This document shows, in pieces, positions 30,598 to 39,362 of a stretch of DNA of 64,000 bases. The stretch comes from an uncultured bacterium (GTDB lineage Bacteria > Chloroflexota > UBA5177 > JANWHV01). The first letter of the stretch is position 1. The number at the start of each line of letters is the position of its first letter. The notes beneath the pieces were generated by a model. It saw nothing but the letters and a program-made list of their open reading frames with translations. It was not told the origin of the DNA and searched no databases. The stretch is taken from contig CAWHAE010000014.1 in assembly GCA_963827235.1 (NCBI GenBank), positions 128,001 through 192,000 on the forward strand. Direction: 5' to 3'. A program made the translations under genes and the position numbers.

Positions 30598-30617
30598 ACT
30601 AGAACTTGTATTCTAGT
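30598..30617. promoter_or_regulatory. Probable LexA (SOS) box overlapping a minus-strand -10 element (TAGAAT)
   Basis: Palindrome actAGAAC-ttgt-ATTCTagt, one mismatch from AGAAC-N4-GTTCT, about 25 bp upstream of the ATG at 30575. Confidence 0.65.
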
Positions 30618-30776
30618 GCAAGAGTATTGTGCTCTGACTTCCATGAGGAAGGCCCGTAGCGTGATACCATTGCATTGCCGCGCGCGCCGGGTGCGCACGG
30701 CGCCAGGATGCCGCGCCTGCGCGTAGCACGAGGGCCAGACTGGAATTCCCGGGCTGGCCACCATGAAGGAGCGCGT

Positions 30777-31898
30777 TCGACGGCTCGTATCGCACTCGAC
30801 CTGCGCGTCACTCAGGGGGGCTATCCGGGTATCGGCAGGGCCTCCGAAGGCCTTGCATGCCGGTTGCTCGATCAGGATACGCCTCACGCAATGAACCTCG
30901 TGTTTCAGGCCGATAGGCCGGTCGGCGACACGCTACTGCGGCGCATCCGCAGTCCTCATCGCGTGCTCTACGTCGACTCCGCATTGCGCTCCGCGCGCGA
31001 CCAGGCGACCTTGCGATTCAGACTGCGCCAGGCTCGGATCGACCTCTACCACGCGCCGTACTATGGTATGGCTCTCTTTCCGGGCGTGCCGTATGTAGTG
31101 GCGCTACACGACACGATCCCGGTCAGATTTCCGCACTATTGGCCCGCCCACCAGGCACTGATCATCCGGACGTGGCAGAGGCACGTCGTCAGGCACGCCG
31201 CCTGCGTGATCACCGGATCCCGTGCCGCGGTCGACGACCTGGTCCGCATCTATGGGCTTTCCGCCGCCAAGATCGTAGTCAGTCCATGGGGCGTGGTGAG
31301 CTGGGTGCACGATGCGCGCCCACCGGACTCGTGGTCTGCCGCTGACTATCTGCTCTGCGTCTGCACAAACAAGCCGCACAAGAACCTCGCCCGGCTGATA
31401 CAGGCATACCGCGAAGCGTCGAGCTCGTTGGAAACTTTCCCCGATCTTGTGATCGCCGGCGGCTGGAGCGATCGGTACCCGGAAGCCGCGTCCGCCATGG
31501 CCGTCGCAAACGCGACCGAGTCGCCCGGCCTCGTACGGCAGGTCCGCAACCCCGACGATGCCTTGCTGCGTTACCTCTATGAGCACGCGGAGGGCTTCAT
31601 TTTCCCGAGCCTGTATGAAGGATTTGGACTGCCCGTACTGGAGGCTATGCAGGCTGGCTTGCCGGTCGCCGCCTCGACCACGCCCGCCGTGGCTGAGCTT
31701 TGCGGCGACGCGGCGCTCTCGTTCGACCCGCTCGATATAGCCGGCATGGCGAGAGCTATTCGACGCCTGGCCACAGATCCGGAGATGCGGCGCTCGCTTC
31801 GCGCGGCCAGCGCCGAGCGAGTAAGGCACTACAGCTGGATAGAGACGGTCGCACAGACATTGCGCGCGTACGAGGTGGCCCTGTGCGCCTCAGAGTAG
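30777..31898 (+). CDS. GT4 glycosyltransferase (MtfB-like); start codon uncertain
   Basis: ARIALD...PGIGR, LHDTIP, NKPHKN, FPSLYEGFGLPVLEAM. An AAGGAG RBS precedes an in-frame TCG (possibly a miscalled TTG) at 30777. Confidence 0.85.
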   Translation, partial: STARIALDLRVTQGGYPGIGRASEGLACRLLDQDTPHAMNLVFQADRPVGDTLLRRIRSPHRVLYVDSALRSARDQATLRFRLRQARIDLYHAPYYGMALFPGVPYVVALHDTIPVRFPHYWPAHQALIIRTWQRHVVRHAACVITGSRAAVDDLVRIYGLSAAKIVVSPWGVVSWVHDARPPDSWSAADYLLCVCTNKPHKNLARLIQAYREASSSLETFPDLVIAGGWSDRYPEAASAMAVANATESPGLVRQVRNPDDALLRYLYEHAEGFIFPSLYEGFGLPVLEAMQAGLPVAASTTPAVAELCGDAALSFDPLDIAGMARAIRRLATDPEMRRSLRAASAERVRHYSWIETVAQTLRAYEVALCASE

Positions 31899-32974
31899 TC
31901 CACGTCTACAAGGACATTTTCCCCGTGCAGGGCGGCATGGAGAATCATGTCCGCCTGCTCTGCCGCGAGCTGTCCCGACTCGACGACCTCGACGTCCGCA
32001 TTTTGGTGACGAGCCCGACAGGCCGATCGTCCGTTGCCAAGCTGGACGGCGTGCCCGTGCTAAGAGCCGGGCGCATGGCCACGATCGCCTCGACTCCAAT
32101 CAGCATCCGGCTTCCCTTCGAGCTGCGCCGTCTGCGCCCGGACATCGTGCACCTGCACTCGCCCTACCCGGTGGGCGAGATGTCGTCGATGCTGGCGGTA
32201 CCGGGAGTACGCACTGTGATCACCTATCACAGCGATGTGGTGAGGCAACGGATCCTGCTCAGGCTTTATGGTCCGGCCTTCAAGCGCGTGCTCCGTCGGG
32301 CGTCGCGTATTCTCGTGACCAGCAAGCCGTATCTCGATAGCTCTCCCTGGCTGCAACCGGTACGCGATCGCTGCCAGGTCGTGCCGCTGGGCATCGACCT
32401 TGCACCCTTCGCCGCCGTGCATGGGCGGAGCGACGGCAAGACTCTGCTCTTCGTCGGCCGGTTCCGCTACTACAAGGGCCTGCAATACCTCGTCCAAGCT
32501 ATGCCCATGCTGCCCGATGCGCGTCTCCTGTTGGTGGGCACCGGGCCGATGGAACAGCGCCTGCGCGACCAGGTGGACAGCCTCGGTCTCGCGCGAAGGA
32601 TACAGTTCGTGCCGGGAGTCACGGACGAGCAGCTTCCGGACTATTACGCGCAGGCAGATGTGTTCGTGCTTCCGGCGTGCGAGCGCAGCGAAGCATTCGG
32701 CCTGGTCCTTGCCGAGGCCTGCGCCTCCGGTCTGCCCTGCGTGAGCACCGAGCTCGGTACCGGCACCAGCTACGTAAATCAGGACGGTGCCACGGGCCTG
32801 GTCGTGCCGCCTGCTCAGCCCGCCGCCCTGGCCGCCGCCTGCGGCAAGCTGCTCGCCGACGCCCGGCTGCGGAGTGATTATGGCCGCCGCGCCCGCGAGC
32901 GTGCTGCCGCCCTGTTCGACATCCGTCGCGTGGCGGCAGAGGTCGCTGAAGTTTATAGGTCTCTGCGCGCCTGA
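31883..32974 (+). CDS. GT4 glycosyltransferase
   Basis: VVHVYKD.FPVQGGME, TYHSDVVRQ, FVGRFRYYKG, RSEAFGLVLAEA. Confidence 0.92.
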   Translation: MRLRVVHVYKDIFPVQGGMENHVRLLCRELSRLDDLDVRILVTSPTGRSSVAKLDGVPVLRAGRMATIASTPISIRLPFELRRLRPDIVHLHSPYPVGEMSSMLAVPGVRTVITYHSDVVRQRILLRLYGPAFKRVLRRASRILVTSKPYLDSSPWLQPVRDRCQVVPLGIDLAPFAAVHGRSDGKTLLFVGRFRYYKGLQYLVQAMPMLPDARLLLVGTGPMEQRLRDQVDSLGLARRIQFVPGVTDEQLPDYYAQADVFVLPACERSEAFGLVLAEACASGLPCVSTELGTGTSYVNQDGATGLVVPPAQPAALAAACGKLLADARLRSDYGRRARERAAALFDIRRVAAEVAEVYRSLRA

Positions 32975-33019
32975 TAGCGGTGCCCGTCGCAGCACCGGCG
33001 AACTGGACCGCGGACCAGG

Positions 33020-34174
33020 TTACCTGCTGAGGAGTGTCCCCTGGACCGTCGCTTCGACGAGCGCGAAAACCAGTGGCTCGGGCACGTCGTCGCGCACGCA
33101 GACGCTCCCCGGTTCGGATGCTGGCAGAATCCAGCGTACCCGGCCGGACTTGACCTTCTTGTCGAGGGAAAGCCTCGCGTAAACCGCATCGCGCTCCAGG
33201 TCCGGTAGAGGACGCAACAGACCCAGCGCCTTCAATACGCGGTCCTGGCGCTGTACGAAGAACTCGGTCGATAGCCCGAGCGCTGCCGCCAATCGCGCCT
33301 CCATGGCCATGCCCCAGGCCACGGCCTCCCCATGGCGCACGCCATGGTAGCCGGCCTCGACCTCAAGCGCGTGACCAAGCGTGTGACCATAGTTCAGATG
33401 CATGCGCACCCCGCTCTCCCGCTCGTCCTCCTGGACGATTCGCGCTTTCACCTGTATGGCTCGCGCGAGGATTGGGCCGACGTCGAGCGAGCGCCTCCTC
33501 CAGGCTTCGGCCCGCGACTCGAGCAACGTGAACAACTCGCTGTCCGCGATCACGCCGTGTTTTACCACTTCACCCGTACCCGATACCCATTCCTCGTCGG
33601 GCAGCGTGGCAAGGAGGTCGTAGTCGATGAGCACGCGGTCCGGGTGCCTGAATGCCCCGACCAGGTTCTTGCCTTCCGGCAGATCCACGCCAACCTTGCC
33701 GCCAATGCTGCTGTCGACCTGCGACACGACGGTGGTCGGGATCTGGATCAGCCTGATGCCGCGCATGTATGTGGCGGCGACGAAGCCGAAGAGATCGCCG
33801 GGCACGCCGCCGCCCAGCGCTACCAGCACGTCGTGCCGCTCCACGCCATGCCGCGCGAGCTCTCCAAGGGCGTAACCGACGTTGGCAAGGGTCTTGTTCT
33901 GTTCGCCCGCCGGGATCACCACCATCACCGGCTCGTAGCCTGCCGCGGCCAGCATCGATTGCAGGCTCGCGCCGGCAATGCGCAGGACCGTGTCGTCCGT
34001 GCCGACAACCACTCTTCTGGGCGGTCCTCCGGGCAGACTATCCACGAGCTTTCCGGCACGGGCCAGCAAGCCGGAACCCGCGAACACCTCGGAGCGGGCG
34101 TTCAATTGGTAGCCGAGCACAAAACTCGGCTGGCCGCTGACGCCGCTATCTTTGAGGTTTTGGCCTTGACTCAT
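33020..34174 (-). CDS. aroB: 3-dehydroquinate synthase
   Basis: GEQNKT, LGGGVPGD, IPTT...VDSSIGGKVG, GKNLVGAF, LNYGHTLGHA, HGEAV, DKK. Confidence 0.95.
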   Translation of the reverse strand: MSQGQNLKDSGVSGQPSFVLGYQLNARSEVFAGSGLLARAGKLVDSLPGGPPRRVVVGTDDTVLRIAGASLQSMLAAAGYEPVMVVIPAGEQNKTLANVGYALGELARHGVERHDVLVALGGGVPGDLFGFVAATYMRGIRLIQIPTTVVSQVDSSIGGKVGVDLPEGKNLVGAFRHPDRVLIDYDLLATLPDEEWVSGTGEVVKHGVIADSELFTLLESRAEAWRRRSLDVGPILARAIQVKARIVQEDERESGVRMHLNYGHTLGHALEVEAGYHGVRHGEAVAWGMAMEARLAAALGLSTEFFVQRQDRVLKALGLLRPLPDLERDAVYARLSLDKKVKSGRVRWILPASEPGSVCVRDDVPEPLVFALVEATVQGTLLSR

Positions 34175-34722
34175 CGTACGTCCTTTCCGAGGCGATCCAG
34201 GCGCGATATATGCCGGCGAGGTCCGCGGCTATCTTGCGTGAGCCTAGGCGCGAGCCTTCGGGCACCATGCAGCGCACATGGGCCGCGGCGCGATAGAATG
34301 ACTGGCGTTCCCGACTGATCTGTCGCAGGCGAGCGGTGAGATCATCGGACCGGAGCAACGGTCTCTCTTCGCCGTCTGCGTGACCGTCTAGCCGCTTGAC
34401 GAGCACGGCAATCGGCACGTCAAGCCAGACCACCATGTTCTCCGCCCGCATACAGGCACGATTCTCAGCGCGAAGCACTGCACCGCCGCCTGTGGCAATC
34501 ACGGCTTGCCCTGCGCAGCTGCTGGCCACCATGGCAGACTCCATCCGCCTGAACTCATCCTCACCCAGGCGATCGAAGATTCTCAGCCACCTGCAACTGA
34601 GTCCGCATCTCTATCTCCCTGTCCGTGTCCACGAACGGCAACCGCAGTCGCGTCGCGAGCAGTCGTCCCACCGTGCTTTTCCCGCTGCCGCTCAGCCCAA
34701 CCAGCACGACGGAGCCGCTCAC
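34146..34722 (-). pseudogene. aroK: Shikimate kinase; frameshifted at ~34580 (probably a sequencing error)
   Basis: [26 protein letters not shown]; removing one base gives [17 protein letters not shown]. Confidence 0.88.
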
Positions 34723-35624
34723 GTCTCGACCTCTGACGGCGACGGCGCCGTCCCCAAGGATGCCGCCCGTCGCACGCTCAGCGCCTGCGTCGCAGCGGCA
34801 AACATTGCCTCCTCCGGGGCTTGCAGGCCAGTCCACAGCGTGAACGACGCCGCCGCCTGGTACACGAGCATGCGTAGACCGTCCTCAGCCGGCAATCCTC
34901 GAGCACGCGCTTTGCGCACCAGAGGAGTGGCGTCGGGACCATAGACGAGGTCGAATACCCTCGCTGTGCCGGGCAGCTTCGCTAGCGACACGGGGACGCT
35001 CGATCCGTCCAACCCGACGCTGGTTGCGTTGACGAGCAGCGTCGTCTCCGACAAGGATAGGTCTAGATCGGCGGCCACGGTGACCACCGTGCCGTCGACC
35101 GAAAGGAGTGCCGAAAGAGAATCGCAGAGAGCCAGGCCGCGCGCTGGCGTGCGATTCCAGATCGCCAGCTGCCTGACGCCTGCGTCGATAAGGCCCACGG
35201 CCACGCCCCGAGAGGCTCCGCCGGCGCCGAGCAGCAGCACGCGCTCCCGTTCCGGCTCGAACGCCAGGCTCTCCCCGAGACAACGCACCACCGCCGGCGC
35301 GTCGGTGTTGTCGCCCACTAGCTGGCCGTCGGCTTTGAAGATCGTGTTCACTGCGTTGATCCGGCCGGCCAGATCAGTGACCCGATCGACCAGAGACTGG
35401 ATGGCAGGCTTGTGCGGCAGAGTGACGTTGGCGCCCAGATAGTGCTCACCGCGCAACTCCTGTACCGCGCTGGCAAGCTCGTCTGTGATCACTTCCTGGG
35501 CGAGATATTCCATGCGGATGCCCAGGGCTTTGGCGGCAGCGTGGTGCATGGCCGGCGAGACGCTATGCCCCAGAGGGTAACCGAATAATCTGACCTTGAA
35601 AGGCTGCGTTACCTTCACGCTCAC
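34719..35624 (-). CDS. aroE: Shikimate dehydrogenase
   Basis: [58 protein letters not shown]. Confidence 0.95.
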   Translation of the reverse strand: MSVKVTQPFKVRLFGYPLGHSVSPAMHHAAAKALGIRMEYLAQEVITDELASAVQELRGEHYLGANVTLPHKPAIQSLVDRVTDLAGRINAVNTIFKADGQLVGDNTDAPAVVRCLGESLAFEPERERVLLLGAGGASRGVAVGLIDAGVRQLAIWNRTPARGLALCDSLSALLSVDGTVVTVAADLDLSLSETTLLVNATSVGLDGSSVPVSLAKLPGTARVFDLVYGPDATPLVRKARARGLPAEDGLRMLVYQAAASFTLWTGLQAPEEAMFAAATQALSVRRAASLGTAPSPSEVET

Positions 35625-36295
35625 GTCGCACTCACCAATGCGTCACTATCCGGCGGGTTACAACCGCTACGACGCCCGGACAAGCGTCGGACTCACAAAA
35701 TCGGGAGTCGTCCCGCCGAGCGGGATTGCCAGGCCAGCGATCTACCGTAGCGGGTGCCCGTCAGAGAGGCGGCGGCGCCTCACTAGTGGAACACAACTCC
35801 GCGGATGCCGTCGACCGGATACCGCCGCACACCGGCCCACCCGATACACCACCGCCGGCTCTGGCCAGCATCCCTCAGCGGCCCCGCGGAGCAGACCCGT
35901 TACATGGCAGCTCCTGAGCATGTCAGCAGGCGTCACGCGTGGCACCGCACGGGAATCTCATGTCCGCCGCGGAGAGGCCCGGAGCACACCCGGCAATGTG
36001 CTCAGTATATCGTGCCCGCCGCCCCGTTCGAAGCAGCATGGCGCCAAGGATTATCGCGGTCACGGCTTTCCGATGTCCAGAGCAGCGCACGCTCCCCCCG
36101 GACCTGTGCGCCCCTGCGCCCTTGCCGTGGAGACGGCTCAGCGTGCCGGGCGAGCGCAATGGCGGGCAAATTGAGAAAACGTCCCTGAACGAGGTAGTGC
36201 TGTGTTCCACCGAAGAGTGATGTGTAGCCACGGTGACTGTGATAGAACGATCATCAGGCCGAGTCGATCAGCGCCAAGGACAGGGTAGTTGACAG

Positions 36296-36553
36296 ATGAA
36301 CTCCATGGGTATGCGTCGGTATGACGTCGGCACTCAAGCCGACGCGCACAGCGTCCAGGACATCTTTGAGCGGCTAAGCGTGGGCGTCAACGATCAGCAC
36401 TGGCGGCAGCAGGTGGACATCCTGCGCATTCGCGGATACGGCGTGTTCGATCTACGCATTGCAGGAAGCGGAGACGTCGAGATCATTAGCCCTGATTGCC
36501 AGAACTGGTGGCAGATCCGCGTGGACGACGACGGCTGCTGGCGACTGCACTGA
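36296..36553 (+). CDS. Small hypothetical protein (85 aa)
   Basis: Fills the gap between genes, has a purine-rich upstream region and a globular, Trp-rich composition; no family recognised. Confidence 0.55.
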   Translation: MNSMGMRRYDVGTQADAHSVQDIFERLSVGVNDQHWRQQVDILRIRGYGVFDLRIAGSGDVEIISPDCQNWWQIRVDDDGCWRLH

Positions 36554-36718
36554 GCGGCGGCGGCAGACACTGCTCCTCGGTACCGGCGTTGGCCACGGCC
36601 GGCGTGAGGTACCTCTACCGGCGGCTGCAAGCCGCCTTCCATTGAAGGCTGCGCGCGTGGGCAGCCTGGCGATACCCGTCACTACTTAATGGAGTCGGCG
36701 GAAAGCCCGCAGGCCGGC

Positions 36719-37477
36719 TCAAGCGTGCCGGAGCAGGAAGTCCAGCACGACGGGACCTACTAGGTCTCTGTGCGTAAACTGTACAGTCCGTCCAGCGTTG
36801 TTCACCACCAGCAACTCCGCGCGCGGAATGCTTCTCCTCAAGGTTAGCCCCTGATCGAGAGTCGCTACGGGGTCATTCTCGCCCACGATCAGCAGTGTTG
36901 GCGCCTGCAGACTGGCAAGATCGTCCGTTGTAAGGCCCGTGCCCTTCAGCTCGTTTTCGTGCACCTGCTTTTGAAGGATCCGCCAGTAGCCCGGCCACTT
37001 GTTCGTGTCGTGAATCTGCACCATCTCGGTCAGCCAGGCTGGCTGGGTATGCTCGATGGTTTCGGCGTTCTCTCTCTCAAGCACTTCACGAGCGCCCGAC
37101 TCGATGCTGATATGCGGACCGACGCAGATCAGCGAGCGAATCAGCTCGGGTGAAGACAGAGCCAGGTGGAGCAGCGCAATGCCTCCGTCGCCGATACCCG
37201 CGCAGTGCAGTGGGGCACAGTCGAGCCGTGCGATGAAAGCACGCAAGTCGTCGGCAAGCACGGCATAGGACAAATCCTTGCGAGGATTGTTCGTCCGTCC
37301 GTGTCCCCGCATCTCCGCAAAGATCGAGCGGTGCTGCTTTGACAGCACCGGCCGCAGCCTGCCCCATCCGCGCTGGCCGTCGATTGCGCCGGTTCCACCG
37401 TGCAGCAGAAGCAGCGGCGTGCCACCGCCGACTTCTTCAAAATACATTTGAATGTCGCTGACATTGAGATAAGGCAT
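36719..37477 (-). CDS. Alpha/beta-fold hydrolase (nucleophile elbow apparently degenerate)
   Basis: LLLLHGG, MRGHGRT, PTLLIVGEND; GIGDGG in place of GxSxGG; GGAGG RBS. Confidence 0.85.
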   Translation of the reverse strand: MPYLNVSDIQMYFEEVGGGTPLLLLHGGTGAIDGQRGWGRLRPVLSKQHRSIFAEMRGHGRTNNPRKDLSYAVLADDLRAFIARLDCAPLHCAGIGDGGIALLHLALSSPELIRSLICVGPHISIESGAREVLERENAETIEHTQPAWLTEMVQIHDTNKWPGYWRILQKQVHENELKGTGLTTDDLASLQAPTLLIVGENDPVATLDQGLTLRRSIPRAELLVVNNAGRTVQFTHRDLVGPVVLDFLLRHA

Positions 37478-37864
37478 AACGATCCTCCGCATTTTGTACA
37501 GCATGGCACCGGGCCGCGGCGCACAGTGCAAGCTGGCTAGCCCCGGAAGGCCCGGCCATCCTGCCACCCCAGCCTTCGACTGGGTGACTCGACGCGCGGC
37601 GGCAGTATCGATATCTCAGGTTTCAGTGCGCTTGGCAGACCCGGTCACACCATTGCCGGCCGGACCGGCTCGCCTCACGGCGAGCGTCCTAGTCGCCGAT
37701 TACCTCGAAAGTTCTCGCTTTCATCATCATCCCGGCGCGCCAGGGCGCGGTCGTTCGTATGATACGCTCTGGAGCCCGCCCTTGTGGTCGTACCACCAAT
37801 TGCGCGGCGCGCATGGTACCAGCAAGCCTCCGCCCGCCCTGCTTAGCCCACGGCGCCGCTCGAG

Positions 37865-38722
37865 TCAGCTGGCATCATGGCAGATCTGTGCAAGGGAGGG
37901 ACCAAGGTACGCTTGCGCCGCCCGCAGGGCGCCGATGCGAGCTTCCAGTCCGGAGGCCTGCATGGTGGCTGACAGGCCGACGACGACAGGACCCCGGAAA
38001 CCGGCGCGTGCTAGCTCCGACAGGCAGTCCACCCACCTGACTCGCGGCGACGAGCTGTCGCCGCTGTCTCCCTGGGCGCCGACTGACGGGCCGAAGTACG
38101 CCCATTCGTCGGCCGCACCGACGCGGCCCACGTTGGCGCCCAGCAGCGCAGCCGTTTCGACCTCGTCGAGACCCCGCTGCACCAGGTGGTAAGGCACGAG
38201 GCTCACCATGGTGGATGCGCCGGGCACGGATCCGCCCAGAGGGTGCAACCCGCCGAGCGTTTCATCAGGCTTGCCGTCCGACGTCGACCGCCTGCTGTCG
38301 CCGAATTGCTCTGCCTCCAGGTACAGGGCAATAGATCGCCGCGTCGCATACTTCACGAGCTCGACGATCTCTACGACCGATCCCGCATCGAGGGCGACGT
38401 ACGGAAGCTCAAGCGCGGCCGCGGCGTCCACGAGAGCACGCCAATGCTCCGGCGGTATCCTGGCATCATCATGCAAGCTGCGGTGGCAGGCGCGCATACA
38501 GGCCAGCCCCGAGAGCACGACCCGCTGCCTTCCCGTTAGCTCGCGAATGCGCCGGGCGGAATGGGCATTGAACTCGGCGACGTCGACATGCGTCGCCTGC
38601 CGAGACGCGCCTCTCGGCCAGCACTGGACCTCGAGCGCCGGATACCCGACACGCGCGGCCAGAGACATCGCCTCGGCGAGCGACAGCTCGGGGACGGCGG
38701 CCGACGAGAAGCTGAGCTGCAT
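37865..38722 (-). CDS. Sugar-phosphate isomerase/epimerase (AP-endonuclease-2 TIM barrel)-like protein, divergent
   Basis: MQLSFSSAAVPELSL.EA..LAARVGYPALEVQCWP N-terminus; VRWVDCLSELARAGFRG near the C-terminus. Confidence 0.6.
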   Translation of the reverse strand: MQLSFSSAAVPELSLAEAMSLAARVGYPALEVQCWPRGASRQATHVDVAEFNAHSARRIRELTGRQRVVLSGLACMRACHRSLHDDARIPPEHWRALVDAAAALELPYVALDAGSVVEIVELVKYATRRSIALYLEAEQFGDSRRSTSDGKPDETLGGLHPLGGSVPGASTMVSLVPYHLVQRGLDEVETAALLGANVGRVGAADEWAYFGPSVGAQGDSGDSSSPRVRWVDCLSELARAGFRGPVVVGLSATMQASGLEARIGALRAAQAYLGPSLAQICHDAS

Positions 38723-38772
38723 GGTTGGTCTCCCAGGTGCCGGCGAGCTCGCCGGGAGGAGCCGGCACGCCC

Positions 38773-38817
38773 CCACGTGAGTATCGCCGGTATATCGTAC
38801 CAGCGATACTCACGTGG
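38773..38817 (-). repeat. Long intergenic hairpin (20-bp stem, one G-U pair on the minus strand)
   Basis: ccacgtgagtatcgc-c-ggta / tacc-a-gcgatactcacgtgg with a 5-nt loop. Confidence 0.85.
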
Positions 38818-38852
38818 AGCCATGTAATTCGGGACTGTCGTGCGGAGTCTCC

Positions 38853-39353
38853 TTACCCGGAGGTCCCGGACTGGAGCGCGAAGTTGCCGGTATTGGGTTT
38901 CTCCAGTCGCATGTAGTCTGCCGTCGCCAGGATGACCGACGTGGTTCTGCTGCCCGCGTTGAAGGCGATACGAGCCTGTTCGAGCAGCCGCTCGTCCACG
39001 AAGGTGGCAAGACCAAACAGATGGCCGAACGGTGGCACCGCCCCTACTTCGAGCCCGAACCGCTGCAGGAGATCGCCGGCGTCGATCATGCGCAGATTCT
39101 TCACACCAAGCGCCCGCTTGACGCCGCGCGTATCCACGCGCAGGTTGGCCGGAAGGACCAGCAGCAGCATGCGATCGTCAGCCTGGAACACCAGCGCCTT
39201 GGCACCCTGCTCCATAGTCGTGCCGCGCACCTTCGCCGCTTCGGCGCTGGTACGCACAGGCTCATGGTGAAAGACCTCGAAGCTGGCGCCCTCAGCCGTC
39301 AGGAGCGCGATAAGACGGTCCGACGGAGATTCGCTCTCTTGCAGGCTTCCCAT
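38853..39353 (-). CDS. YbaK/ProX (INS superfamily) aminoacyl-tRNA deacylase-like protein
   Basis: HEPVRTSAEAAKVRG, GAKALV, GAVPPFG, FNAG. Confidence 0.88.
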   Translation of the reverse strand: MGSLQESESPSDRLIALLTAEGASFEVFHHEPVRTSAEAAKVRGTTMEQGAKALVFQADDRMLLLVLPANLRVDTRGVKRALGVKNLRMIDAGDLLQRFGLEVGAVPPFGHLFGLATFVDERLLEQARIAFNAGSRTTSVILATADYMRLEKPNTGNFALQSGTSG

Positions 39354-39362
39354 GCCAAGCTC

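Noticed and set aside
34560-34600. Programmed frameshifting in aroK and the other split genes
   Set aside because: No slippery sequence or homopolymer tract; the uniform +1 pattern points to sequencing error.
35935-36212. T-box leader for the aro operon (gtggcaccgc / ggtggaacac)
   Set aside because: Poor match to the T-box consensus, wrong position or strand, and no following terminator.
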